A stretch of 64,000 bases of DNA from Iphione sp. A-MEVVRFRX5 (GCA_976226885.1 OZ320315.1:111600001-111664000); one strand, 5' to 3'; shown: positions 23,100 through 36,499, numbered from the stretch's first letter. Made by a program: numbers and translations. Notes: generated by a model from the letters alone, not told the origin.

Positions 23100-23830
23100 C
23101 TAGGATAATATGTTAAAATTGATGAAGGTCTAAAAGTGGGAAAGCATAACACTATATTCATTTGACTTAGGTAAAGCTTTTGATATATCAGATCACAATA
23201 TTCCAATTAGAAGCTTGTAAAATGTTGACCTTGAGATCAGAGCCATTAACTTACTGCAAGATTACTTCAGCAATCATATCAATTTGTTATCTTAAACAAT
23301 GAGAAATCAGCATGAAGTTAAGATATTGGGTTTTATATCAATGAGAGAATAACAATGAAAAGATGTGTAGATAGGACAAAAGGAAATGTGATGTTACAGG
23401 TATATAATTTAAGTAAACTTAGACACGATCTTCCACTCACTATCAGAATAATGCCCTAAAATCATTAGTACGACTGCATACTTCATATACCACACCACTT
23501 ATACTAGCAATAGACAAAACTACAAGACAACCCATGGAAGGGGGATACAGCAAAGCACTAAGTCTCTGTGTATATGGAAACAAGCAAGCCAGTTGAAAAA
23601 CAAAGACATTGTTCAAAACCAGTTGATACATGAACTTGCTATAAAACAGAGGTTGCAAATAAAAACCAAGACCAAAACTCCAGAAGGTCTACACTGCATA
23701 TAACCATTGCTAAGACTAAGGACTGTATTGTCTCAAAAAAGATGTTTTATTCTATGGGAGCATTAGGTGGAATGATCTGTATACAGAAGCAAAAATAATG
23801 CAATGATGTTAAATAGATGAAGAAATGCAT
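23100..23830 (+). mobile_element. Old degraded LINE RT fragment
   Basis: Frame-jumping translation gives DL.KAFD..DH.I, DYFSN..Q and a C-terminal GSIRWNDL. Confidence 0.6.
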
Positions 23831-23960
23831 GTAGACATAACATTGGCTTAATGTTTAAACTGCCAACATTAACTCTTGTTGTGCAGTACACATTCAATAA
23901 TGAAAAGCCTTGTTAAAATGATGATCATTTGTTGACTGCTCGATTAGTGATGGCGTGGAG

Positions 23961-24041
23961 GGAAAGGTCAGAGAGTTTAAGTGGTGAGGGTCGACTTCAT
24001 CCCAGCCCGAGGCCCAAGCCACTTAAACCCTTGACCTTTCC
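23961..24041. repeat. 81-bp hairpin with ~23-bp arms (tiny MITE-like or foldback)
   Basis: GGAAAGGTCAGAGAGTTTAAGTGG (23961-23984) is nearly the reverse complement of CCACTTAAACCCTTGACCTTTCC (24019-24041). Confidence 0.7.
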
Positions 24042-27000
24042 TGATAAAAGGTTCTTAATTGTGGTCCTTCTGACATGGTTTGAAGGAAACTAACCTCCTG
24101 CAGGGTTTAAATTCTCCATATTTAGTCATTTTGGAAATGTTTTGAGTAGGAAGAGGAATGTTGACATATGGTACCATTTTGAATGAAGTCAACAGATGTA
24201 TCGTGCACTCTCATTGGCTGACTATGTTCACAACAACCAATTCCAGCCATCAACTCTTATTGTGGGACAGATTTTTCCCCAGGGATTTATCTCCAGTTTT
24301 AAGATGTTTTGAGTCCATTGCAAGTATAGGAGTGTCACTGCCAGCCATATAAATAATACACAATACTCAATGATAACTTTATTGCATGACAAGGTTCAAT
24401 TCAAATGGAAAAGAGCACCTTGACATAGATATATTTCTATATATAATACCCATTTGCAATCTATACAATCATAGTTGCCCAATGTTAAACATGAACTTTC
24501 AAGAAATTCTGCCATTTGTCAATAAATTTCTCATGTACACCCTCATCCAGGAGGCACCTGTCATGCATTTTGTAGCTTTTTTACATCCATTTAGCATGTA
24601 CCAAGTTGTGAATGATGTAAGAACCTGTGTTTGATGATCCACTCAAGCCCAAAAGTTCCTGATTAAGAGAATATATGACATTGATCAATCTGTTCTGGTT
24701 GATCCTGGATGCCATCAGAAGAAAGAGCCAGTATATAATTAAGATATTTGGGGAATGAAAACAATTATCAGGGAGAAAATTACCTAGGAAGTTTGAAATG
24801 TCCTTATCGAGTAAAACCAGATGATGTAAGCATTGATCATAATACCTGATGTTATCATATTTAGATTTCCTTCTGGCAGTGTTAGTATTCTGTGGAGCTC
24901 TCCTTTTCACTGCTCAATATAGAAATTCTGCAGATGCCAGCATGGAACACAATCGCATATAGCTGCTTATCATAGTTGTGTGAGCTGGCCTTCTTTGATG
25001 AGAGTAGCTCTTGGGTAGGTTTATCTTGCAAGTGCCACATCCAAACCTCTGCCATGAGTGTTGATGAAATGCTGGCATGCAGACCTCATACCTTGAGGTC
25101 ATGAGCTTATCATCAGGATTACAGCTTGGAAATAACATAGAAAAGAGAGTCTAGCAAGGCTTCTCATGCAGTTCAAGGATGAGATTATAACAAATGAGAT
25201 GAGCTAAGAGGAAAATATCTCTTTGGAAACAAATAATCCAATCTGTAGGAGACTACACTTCCTCTCTCACTCTAGATGTATCCATCAATCAACTATTGAT
25301 TTACCTTGTTAGTTTACGCATAAATATTACATAAAATGTGTAATGGAGCTGTGTGATGATACACCAGTCACAGAACTAGCCAAAGAGCGACTGTTATGAG
25401 TGAGATGTACCCTAAATACCCTATTTAATCTGTCTTCTAGGTATCCACCTTTCCTCAGAGACATTGAAGACTAAGACACAGTTAGTCCCTTTATGTGAGA
25501 CTGTCAAGCCAAGACTGTTAATGAGCTGATCACTAGCAATTGAAGTAATTGGTACTGTGGAAGTAATGTTTACTTATTGTGATGTCATAACGAGATTCAA
25601 GCAATCGGATTACAGCAATTTGTGACATTCTTTTCACAATTAAAAATTATGTCAGTTGTACCCATTACTTCGACCACTGGCAATCAGTTGATTGATCTTC
25701 ACTCAGATGCTCTTGTGTTGGTCTGCTTAGAGTTTAAGATTCAACTCTTTAATGGTGCTGGCTCTCAGATAGACCAGAAAAGTCTATATTCACACATAAA
25801 TTACACTAAAAATCTAAAAACATACTCAGTGTTGGTGGGATGCACTGAGATTTTATGTTGTCATGTGCAGATTTGAACAGCCACTTTACTCATCACCATA
25901 CTATCACGTAGCTATGCCTACCCATCACCAATATCCATACTATTATGTCTATATAGTGTGCAAATCTTTATTTAGTACTGCCTTGTGTATATCTAGAATC
26001 ACTACTTTGACTATGAAGAAAATTAAGGCATATATGTTTGATTGTGTCATTGATCTAACAAATTCTAACAGGAAATGCTCTCTCTTAAATTGTGAACAGG
26101 GAAAGGTAGTAACCTAAATTTATATTCATATAGAAATGTTCTGCACTAGATATTTTCTAGTTTTATGACATATTTAGTTATTCACTCATAGGCAGATTGC
26201 TCTATAGAGCAGTTGACCTACTGAAACAGATGTATATCTCACCCATTTTCTCTGTGTGATGAACTTCATAATTAGGACTTCATACTAATATAATAAATAC
26301 TGCATCTGGTATGTGGTGCTAACATATAAATATGTATATATATGTGAACTCATTAATGAGGTTGAAATTAAATTTTGCTATTGAAGCTAAATGTGTTCCT
26401 TAATTTGATTTATGTACTACATATTGATAATAAACATAATATACATCTTAATGTAATATGTTGATAATAACGAATCCACATTTTGATAGTCTGAAAGAAT
26501 TTAGTGATTTTTGTTTGTTTTTGTTATGTTCATTGCATGTTTTGCTGCACTTCAGGCAGCAAGGTTCTTTGCCCTAGAAAAGAACTACCACTTGGTGTTT
26601 AGAGGCTTCAGTCCTCAATCTAGTATTGTGTAGGGTTGGAGTTGAGAAGTAAACATGCCGCTTGTCAGGCAATCACTAGGTGCTGTTGTTGTATCACTGG
26701 CTTATTGTTGTGTCCTGACCACTGTAATGTGGTATGATCTAAATTAACCGTCATCAGGGCACCCTCCACAACCTTGTTTGGGTCTAGGGAGGTTGGGGAA
26801 ATGGTAGCGACAGGGTCCAATTAAGGTAGCACTCAGGCATAACATGGTTTACAGGTGGCAAGACAGTTGGGTGACTGTGTTCTCCTCTAGTGCTGATGGT
26901 TTATGTCTGTGTGGTGCAGCCACCCCCTTGTCATAGCGTTACAAGAAGAAAGTACTAGGCTTGTTTGTACAATCAAAACCATTAACAAATAGAGCATATT

Positions 27001-28999
27001 TCTGCAGGAACAATTTCCAAATTTACACTATACTAGTAAAATGTAGTGCAATTCTGAAATCTTACTACACAGAAGTGAAAAGCATAATCGCAGGGGAACT
27101 TCCTGGAATAGATCAATCACCTTTTATGTTGTTTTACATCTGTTTAGACCATGGTGAGATGCAAACCAATGAAATGATGCAAATGACATTGTTCAAGCTA
27201 CAATAGTATTTACATTCTGGTATTAAAAGGTCAAGATAGAATGTTTTTTCTCAAGGCCAAAATACATACTTCTAATGGTTTGATTTCGATGTAATTAAGT
27301 TTATACAAAAGCTAAGAGTTTAACTGTAGCATGTCACTATAAAACCATTATTCAGGTTTCGGTGACCTATAAATCGTTACTATTGTCTGTAGACTCACAG
27401 TAAACTTACGATGAGTATGTGGATCATGATAAAAGTACTGTGAGTTCATGGATTGTAGTAATGGCCATAACGTTCATAATTATGAATCTAGGAGGACATG
27501 CAATGACTAAATTTCTTCAATTTGGACAAAAAGGCAGATGATGAAGCCAACAGAAAATCTACAAATATGTAATAGGCTAGAATGTCAAAATGCGTCATAA
27601 GGTAAAATGGTGATTGGGCCATTGCACAAGTACTAATGTTTATTCTATACCCAAAATTGTTTGGTGCTATTCTGGAACTGGACAGTAGAAATGAAAAGAG
27701 GAGGGAAATTCTCTTGAAACTGCTGAGCCCATCCAGTGCTACTGAACATCTATGAAATACCTAGAAAATGGGAAGAGAAAAAAACAGGTGCAAGGACACT
27801 TTTCTCCCCTTAGCAGACTAAGCATCTGCTAATTACCCTAATTACCCACCATTGAGAGTCTCTTACTTTTATATAAAGTCTCTTGCCACTACTTAGAGTC
27901 TCTTACTGCTACTGAGTGTCTCTTACCACTACTGTTGCTCCCTTACAACTAAAAAGGTCTCTTTGCACTACCTCAGGACTATTTCCATTACTGAGGGTCT
28001 CCTGCCAAAGGTAAGGGTCTTCAACCGGCTATGAGGGTCTTGTCATTCACGAAAGTCTGAAGCAACCGATGAGGGTTTAGATGTTATACAGCTTTAATGA
28101 TCTCATAGACTTTGAGAAGCAGATACTCGATTGAGACTTGTACTTCTTGAATCTGTTTGCCCACTGATTCATTGTTTTATTGATACTGGATACATATCCA
28201 CTAATATGTAGTCTCAATAACATTCTGAACTGACATTGAAAACTTACATTATATAATTTAACAAAACACTTAGAGGTTTCCAGGTGAAAAGTACTTTATT
28301 CATTAGTAAAATACATGCAACAAAGTGCATGAGTGCATGGTGCATGCAGATTAAATGGTAGTTTTTAATTGACTGATTTACCGAGAAGTTACAGAGTAGA
28401 GTTGTACAGTTTTCCAATAAACTCAAGATGTAAGTGACATAAATTTTACAGCCCATGTAAACAACATAATACCACATTGCTATGATTAGTCAATTACAAT
28501 GAAAGTAAAGTCAAGGTTGGTATTTTTATGATGTCCAGCTTCAGTGAAAGTATTAAGGAGGCCAAAAGGTCAACCCATATCCCACCACTTCCTTAACTTA
28601 ACAAATTACAACAAAATTTTCAGATAAAGCCAAATCATATTAAAATGAACTGCAAGATTCAGAAGTGCATATATTAGAATGATACTTGTACTATTCTTCA
28701 CAAGATTATTAGATCAGGGCTCAAACTGGAATTCTTCCAACTTGAGAAGAAGAGGTTGTGGTTTGACATAATATCTGGATTATTGTCTAGCTCAATCAGT
28801 TAAGAGGTATTATTATCACTCACTGCACTTAAAGAGACTAATAAAGAATGATTGGACTGCATGGACAGTCTTCTATTCTTCTATTCTATTAGAATACTAA
28901 TAATTGCATTATAACATTTGAACACTTTACACTGTTGAGTGGCAAATACTGCATTAGGCAGTCAGTTACATCTTTTGAAAGAATTGATATTTCATATTT

Positions 29000-31630
29000 C
29001 CAACAAAACTACAGGAAATGATTACGAATGAATACAATAGAAAAATCATTTATTTAAATAAACAACTTTGGCAGGATAGTACATGAGTGGCAAATCGATC
29101 ATGTGAGAGGGAAGGCAGACTACTGGCCTGTGAAAGAAACATTTATACAATATGTGCCTAGGATACAGAGGCTGAACACTGCTGGTAGCCTAGGGAACAT
29201 ATAAAGCAGGCCAAATCTGCCATTTTTTCTGAATGTGGCAGTGGCGTTAGCTGAGGCCAGAGATCTGGAGGTGTAAACCATGTAAGATGGGAGGGATTTC
29301 CAAGTCCCTTGGGCCATAATATCGGTTGTGGAGGCCCCAAGAGATTGGAGGGTGGTAGCCCCTCCACGTCTAAAGCTATGTAGAGTGAATCGAGAGGGGG
29401 ATATCCTAACCTTTTATTCATAATCTTAAGAATGGAGGTGACTTTGTAAATAGATAAGGGTAGGTGTAATAGGGTCAACAAATGGCTGATTAGGGTTGAG
29501 AGAGAGAGTCAGGGCAAAGGCTTGCTTTAGAGCTTTAACAGGGCATGAGGCTGAATCAGGGATATCTGGAAGAGTAAGCACATGAGGGTTGTTATGAGTG
29601 ATTGTCTTTGACCAACGAATACTGACAGTAATAGAGGATTCCTAACATTTTATATTCGTCCTAACAATTTGTTTGGTAGGATCGAACGTGAGGGGGGCCT
29701 TTGGTAGGATGTTGGATTGGCGAACTAAAGCGTATAAGAGGAATAGAAATAATGATTTAAGAATAATCCGTAGAGGGACTAGATGAGAGAGAAAAGAAAT
29801 AAGCAATGACAAATGATCTGGTGAAATAGGGGATTTACGTTCCACCACATGGGAGGAGGTCTTCTCTATGGCCTTGAGGGCATTTATTACCCTGGGTGAT
29901 GAGAGAACAGCAGGATCTGCTTCCATGGCCTGGGAGAACTGGCACAAAGCCGATATATGCTGAGCAACTACTTGGGGGCTTGCATATTGAGAATTCAAAT
30001 ATTCGATATAAATGAGGAGTTCCTCTACAGTAAGGGATGGAAGATCTATCGAGAGGTATTGAGCAAATCCAAGGAATGTCTGAACCATCCTATGTCTGCT
30101 GTTTAGTGATGTCTGTAATGGATTGCTGCTGCCTGCAGGTGGCCAGGAGGGCCAGGGGCTGGAGCCTTGGATCTGTAATGATCGAAATGATAAGACTTTT
30201 ATGATTTGGGAGTTGGAGGGATGTAGGCGGGAGAGAGTTGGATTGTTTCTAATGAAAGTTAAGGCTATGGCAGCATGTTTGGGAGAGGAGAGGGATCTTG
30301 AGAGGGCATCAGCAAACACCATGTGGGTGCCCGGTAAATGGGAATGAAATATGTGTAGATCATGGTTACATTGTAGAAACCAGAGACCATGGGCTATGGT
30401 GAGGAGAGTCTGATCACGAGCTCTGCCGGTGGCAAACACTGAGACTGCGGCAGAATTATTGCAATATAATTTAATAGTGATACCTGGCAGGGCAGGCATC
30501 GAAGAATATGGTCTCAGTGAGCTGCTTTGCTTTGATAATTGACCTACCATTACATGGGGATAATAACCTTGATAACCATCTCAGGTCAGAGCGGATGAGA
30601 GAATCAATGTGATACTTGGGCTGTCGTGCAGCCAGTTGACATCTGTAAGAGTGGAGCATTCACCCAACAAAAAGGCAAATTGGTTGGATGCATTTAGAAA
30701 TATGATTCAGTGATCCTAGGAGAGTTGGGATGGAGACTTTACGCCTAACCAGGTCAGGCACTTTGTAGGTGGAAGACATTTGTTTTTAGGCAACGCTAAA
30801 CCTAAGGATTGAATGTGTGAGAGGGCTTAATCGTATGCTTGGAGAGCTATGGGAAGTTCATCTGACAAAAAGATGTAATCATCGAGGTAAGGCAGGGCCT
30901 TGAGGGCTGGAAAGGATTTACATATGTGGTGAACTTTTAACCCAGAGATAACCTGGAGGAACAGTAAACTATATCCTGTGCCAAATGGTAACCTTGTGTC
31001 TATGTATATCTGGTCAAAGGCAAGAAGTGCTAATAGAGGCCATTCGAGTGGATCTGCAAGAAAATGTCTATAGGCCCTAGACAAGTCTAGTGAGAATAGG
31101 TAAGGGTCAGAATATGTCTGAATAAGAGAAATAACAGCATCAGTGGAGGGGAGGGATAAATAAACAGGATAGTCATAGTAAGAATTTTCAGGAATAAAAG
31201 AATTGACTCCACTATTGGAAAGGTCCACAATTATCCTACAAAGGGGAGAATCTGACTTTGCACGTGACATGAATCTCTTTGTCTGGACCCCTGAACAGAG
31301 GCTTGATATGCGTTGAGAGCTGTGGACTTTAACTGCTGTATTTGTTGGTGATCATCAAGGGTTAAGCGTCCAAAATGAAATGCGTCCCACAACTCTCCTA
31401 CCCAGTCAGGCAGGGGGGGCCAGGGGAGGTTGTGGGACTCATCTGTGAGATCAATAAGATGTTGTAATCAGAGCCACTTTGTCTAAAGATGTAGGGACTT
31501 TTTCATCGATAAGCATAAGCAATGCACCCTTAATATACTGATGGATACTAAGAGAGTCTATGTCCGGCTTATCTTTACCACGCAGATATACATAAATGGC
31601 AGGGGAGTATTGTTGTTTCCTACCTTGTAA
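29000..31630 (-). mobile_element. Ngaro/DIRS-type tyrosine-recombinase retrotransposon, truncated and internally deleted
   Basis: gag C-terminal motif (PWP..DWV.E.WDA..GRLT.DDH..IQ.LK), RT (RIIVDLS, LDLSRAYR, LPFG, YLDD), RNase H (FDAC, ADALSR) and YR (LVRQSN, HSFRRGGAT, GTWKS...Y). Unique to copy 2. Confidence 0.85.
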
Positions 31631-31802
31631 AGTGGCAAATACTGCATTAGGCAGTCATTTACATCTTTTGAAAGAATGGATATTTCAAATTTGAACTGAG
31701 ATATCCCAGGATCTAGATAGAGTCTTCACACAATCTTTACACAAAATGATGTCCAAAAATGTTCTTTAGATTGTATAAATTTAACTTTACCAATACCTGA
31801 GT

Positions 31803-32404
31803 TGTAGCACAAAGCGAACTCCACAGCGTCAGGTTCAGTATTAGCTTTTATTCTCCTTCATCAACTAGTACAGCGAGTCAGCAATTCAGCAGCAGTAGGA
31901 AGGTAAGTCTGATGAGAGTGCCGGACCACTCTCATTATATACTCTACTTGCTAACAGTGACAACACAATTTACTCGTGCTGACTGGACATAGTCGTTCAT
32001 TACATGTCATCTACACAAGAGGTCATTACGACTTACGTATCATGACGTCACTAGAGCCTGGCACCCAGGATCTCGTTAAGGATCACTGATAAAATCTTGG
32101 TTGTTCACAAAGTGACTCGACACGAAATGGCTTTACACTGTTTTAAAGGACTAGTTCTGCTTAGCACTGATATGAAGAACACAAGAACCTGTACACTATA
32201 CATGAACCACATAATATAACATTATTTCAGTACCACTTGCACTAGAGCATTATCTGAATGTTAATGGCATAATGTTATCTCACGCTAACATAACAATACT
32301 TTATTGAGTGGTAGCTATACATTGGTTCAAATGTTATATAATATACCCTTTTAAGTACACCATTTCTAATGACACATCATCACCTTTATCCAAACTGTGT
32401 TACA
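31803..32404 (-). mobile_element. Solo LTR (602 bp)
   Basis: TGTAGCAC...GTGTTACA termini; 4-bp TSD GAGT/GGGT; absent from copies 1 and 3; TATATAA and AATAAA in order on the minus strand. Confidence 0.8.
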
Positions 32405-33483
32405 GGGTATGGGAGTGCTAATCATACTGTGACTACATAGGGCCTTGAGTGTGCTGGTATCGATATGTAGCCCTTCTTGTCCACATCAGTAGTTGCTCTT
32501 TACAGTAGGCCCTGGTCTGCTGACATCAAAGGATCTGTTTTGTATCATACTGACAGATAGATCTTGTATGTGCTAACATCTCTTAAGAAGGATGAGGTGA
32601 CATGAGGAGCATGCTTTCTCAAAGTTTTAGTGTTGAGCAGAACACACAACGTAGTGTCCCAAATAACAGCAGTGTAAGTTGAGAGAAGTATGAGTATGAT
32701 ATAACCTGTAGGTATATCTCTATACTTGTGTCTGTGTCTGTTTCTCCATGTATGTCTATTTGGGTATGTCAATCCTCAATGAGAAGGGTTCTTATACATG
32801 ATTTATCTGCCCCATCAGAGGAGATCTAAATGAAAGAGTGTTTTGGATGGTGAATAAGGAATTAGAAGAATTACGATAATCCACCCTATGGGAGAGGAGG
32901 GGTAACCATCTATATCCAAGTACATAATCAGTATGATCCTAACAGTTAACATCTATTGCATAATCTTCTGTATAAATGAACATGCAAAGATTATGTCAGA
33001 TGTTTTAAATAAACAATGATGACATAATGGTATTTTGTATGTTACATAATCAGGAGTTCTCAATGATCCTAGTTATATGATACTTATTATTTTAACAGCA
33101 CAAAACTTTTGTGTATTTGAGGAGAGACCCCTCTCCAGTGGAATTGTGCTTGGGCACATGGCCTCCATGCAGAAATTAGGTCCAAGGCTTACAGTGGCAA
33201 AGCTACAGTTTCTCAGATACCAGGTGCCTTGGTAGAGCTGTTTTGGGGAGTTTATGACTTAACAATAGCTTTGTATTTGAACGATTCATGTTTTTTTCCA
33301 TGTGCGTAGATTTATATTTGCCCAACAATTTTTGTACATGAAAGCCTAACAGTGTTTGCTTAACTAAAGATTTTAAAAATAATTATATACTTGTTCAATG
33401 ATGTAACATAATTGACAATATCATAAGAGGGTGTTCATGAGGACAACAGAATTTAAACTTGTATATTAACAGCAGAGTGTGCA

Positions 33484-34497
33484 TTAAAGGTCTTCATGTG
33501 TATTTCTTATTGAGCTCAACATGGTGAATACTACAATTAATATGCAACCCATTACTTCTAATATGTTTCCCCTTCCTCTCAGACTCGGATCCATTACCAT
33601 ATATTGTAGTATCAAGTCAACCACTGGTAACAGAGTGAAAATAATTGAGGCTGTCAGTGAACCAAATATCTTGATCACTACTAAAGCTAATAGTAGACTT
33701 ACAGTAGAACCAATTGTATGTATACTAAACATTAAGAAACTGTAAAGGTCATAAGGGAGTTGGGGATTTTCAAAATAAAATATTGAAATCAGAGATGGCA
33801 GTATCCCGATAGCACCCATGTAGAACGCTATCAATACTGAATGTACATTTTCAAGTTTAATACCAATGTGAGTGAGGTAAATCCCATTGCATATGCTTGC
33901 AATGAATACAGCAGTGATTCCTATGGTGACTGAATAACTACCATATAATTCTAATGTCATTGTGGAAGGAGATAAATCAATCATACTACCATTCAAGTCT
34001 TGTTCTGTATTTGATAAAGCCCTGAGTAAATATGATGGCACAAATCCATCCCCAAATCCTTTCCAAGGCTGTAGAAGAGCAACCAAGCCACTTGTGCAAC
34101 CCACAATACTGACAACAGATAGAGTTTCAATTTGTGTTCCCTCTATATAATGGGTACCTATGGCTGTAAAAATCATTCCAAAAACACTGAAGAAGCAACT
34201 AACTTGAGAGAGTGGCATAACAGATGTTGCTATGAAGTAAAATAATGTTGATCCAGTGAATGCCAGTGAGCTAGTAAGGAGGAACTTGATTTGTACTGTG
34301 TCTACTTGAATGGTGCATCCTTTAACTTTTAGATAAGCACTAGAGACTAGAACTATGGTACTAAGCCGTGCGATACACAGCAGCAAGTCAGAGACAGTTC
34401 TTTCTAGTGCTTGTACTGCTGCTCCAGATGCAGCTCCACCAAGGACAGTAAGTATTGCTGAAAGTATTCCAGTGATGTAAGTTGTTGAGATGCTCAT
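33484..34497 (-). CDS. EamA/DMT (SLC35G-like) transporter, copy 2, 337 aa
   Basis: Intact ORF; 17 amino-acid differences from copy 1 by manual alignment. Confidence 0.85.
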   Translation of the reverse strand: MSISTTYITGILSAILTVLGGAASGAAVQALERTVSDLLLCIARLSTIVLVSSAYLKVKGCTIQVDTVQIKFLLTSSLAFTGSTLFYFIATSVMPLSQVSCFFSVFGMIFTAIGTHYIEGTQIETLSVVSIVGCTSGLVALLQPWKGFGDGFVPSYLLRALSNTEQDLNGSMIDLSPSTMTLELYGSYSVTIGITAVFIASICNGIYLTHIGIKLENVHSVLIAFYMGAIGILPSLISIFYFENPQLPYDLYSFLMFSIHTIGSTVSLLLALVVIKIFGSLTASIIFTLLPVVDLILQYMVMDPSLRGRGNILEVMGCILIVVFTMLSSIRNTHEDL

Positions 34498-35880
34498 CTT
34501 TAAACTGGATGACAGTCCTGCAATAAAAGGAAACTTTTACAATTTAACAGGCATCTGCTTATAATGGTACCATACTTCATGTTCTTATATTAGATTATGT
34601 GCCACACCTATGATATATTCCTACCTTAGAATGACTAGTTTCTTAACTTCAGAGAGAGTTACTTGGCAATAATTAAGTTTGTAATGTATCAACATGTTTT
34701 TACCTTATCACCTTCATCTTATGATGTACTCTGCATACTTGGTGTTGTGACATCACACTTTGTAAAACATTTGAGATCTATCATTCAAACTACCTTAAAC
34801 TAATGACAGTTTTCTGATGATGTAATAGTTGTTTGCAGTGTTTGTTATTGTAATTTGTCTGCTCTAATCAGACTTGCCATTGCCATTGCTGAACTCTGGT
34901 GCATGCTGTATGCTGTGAAGAATAAAGGCCGCTATCAAACCTGTCAGTGTGGCATACACATTGTTATTACAAGTATAAAAACTTTCTGGTAGTGTATTAA
35001 GAGAGCATTCCCTGCCATTTAATGCATATATTTCGTACAAATACTGCTATTTGGAGGAGCTTTTGGGTTGACTATTTGTTTTTCTTGGCTGAGGTAGCTC
35101 CTGCAGAGAGTGGAGACTTCTGAGTGTAACAGAAGGAGTTTGATAGCTCTTGGAGAATAGGAATATCTAGAGAATGTTAGCCCAAAAGATTATAGAGGAA
35201 ATCAGTCTGTTCCAGACAAAAATGCCTGTAATAGTGAGGGTACTGCTATGCTGCTTGCATATACAAGTTTTGTATGTAATGTCAGTAAACTTATAAATTA
35301 GCAGACATTCCCATTGGTCATATTTGTTTTTCTGCAAGTCTCAAATGAAATGATGTTGTTGTGATATAAAAGACATGGATGATGTTTTGCAATGGTCAGT
35401 TATCTGGCTGTAGGCAAATATAGGTGTGCTGTCATATGAAAAATTTCTTTCTTGTCATATTTAAGTAGATTTTGTCATACAATATGAGCACAGATGAAGA
35501 GATTGACATGGACTATGAGTCCAATAACAAGAATAGGAATCTAATTCGAACACAGAGGAACTGATTCAACTCATATACCTAGTGCATGCAGAAGGCACTA
35601 CAGAATATAATGCTAGTGATGGTCTGCAAACAAAACATGATAAAATAGGAAAATGAAAGGAATTCATAAAGATGTTTCACATGTATCTTTGCACATGTAT
35701 CAAGCAATAGATTCAACTGCGGGGTAGAAAATCAATCCATTTTTAAATAATGACCAGCAAATAGGGAGCATAGGAAGCATCAATGAGATTATGTATATAA
35801 CTAGAGTGTCTGTATTTTGATAGTGCAAAGCTGATGCTATACATATATATATTTCATTCAAAATATTATAAAAAGTAATT

Positions 35881-36499
35881 TATTGCACAATACCTATTGT
35901 CAAATGTTCAGAACTTTATAAAATACCTAATAATATTATTAGTATCTTATTCATGAAATCTAATCAATGGTTTCCAGTTTTTCTATCAGAGTTTTACAAT
36001 CTGAATGGGAACACGTCAATTGATTTTTCATGCAAAATTTTAGGCAAAGGCATATATGTATACCAAACAATGAAATATGACCCTCTAGCTTTCAAATCAA
36101 CTAAAAACCTCAAAATTGCACTGCACTCCCTTGTATGGAAAGAATATCCTACATAACTAAGGTTATTATACAAGTGTTTTTGACTGGACTGCATTCAAGG
36201 GAAATTCAAGGGAAAAACTAGAATAGAGTATATGCTGTCCATCTGATAGGCCATCTATATCTGCACCCAGTTAATTGTATTCTTTTAATTATTACAGCAG
36301 TTCCTATAGAAATAATTTACATAATTAGCTTTCATGCTGGTGTTTCTTCTTGTAATCCCATTGCATTTATTTTTTTTATGAAAAATGCACCATATAAACA
36401 TCTCATACATGTGACACAAATAGCAGACATCTTGTTGCTTGGTAATTGTGAGAATGAATAATGATAAAAATCAATTATTTTTAAACAATGTATGGGAAG
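35881..36499 (+). pseudogene. Decayed LRR (TLR-like) gene, copy 2, 5' part; continues after LINE C at ~40971 and ~43240
   Basis: Frame reads YCTIPIVKCSELYKIPNNI (LRRNT-like) then SIDFSCKIL...DPLAFKSTKNLKIALHSL; stops follow. Confidence 0.45.

Noticed and set aside
24150-25300. Possible vWA-like or other coding remnant (SSDGIQDQP) on the minus strand
   Set aside because: One short motif among many stops; not enough to call.
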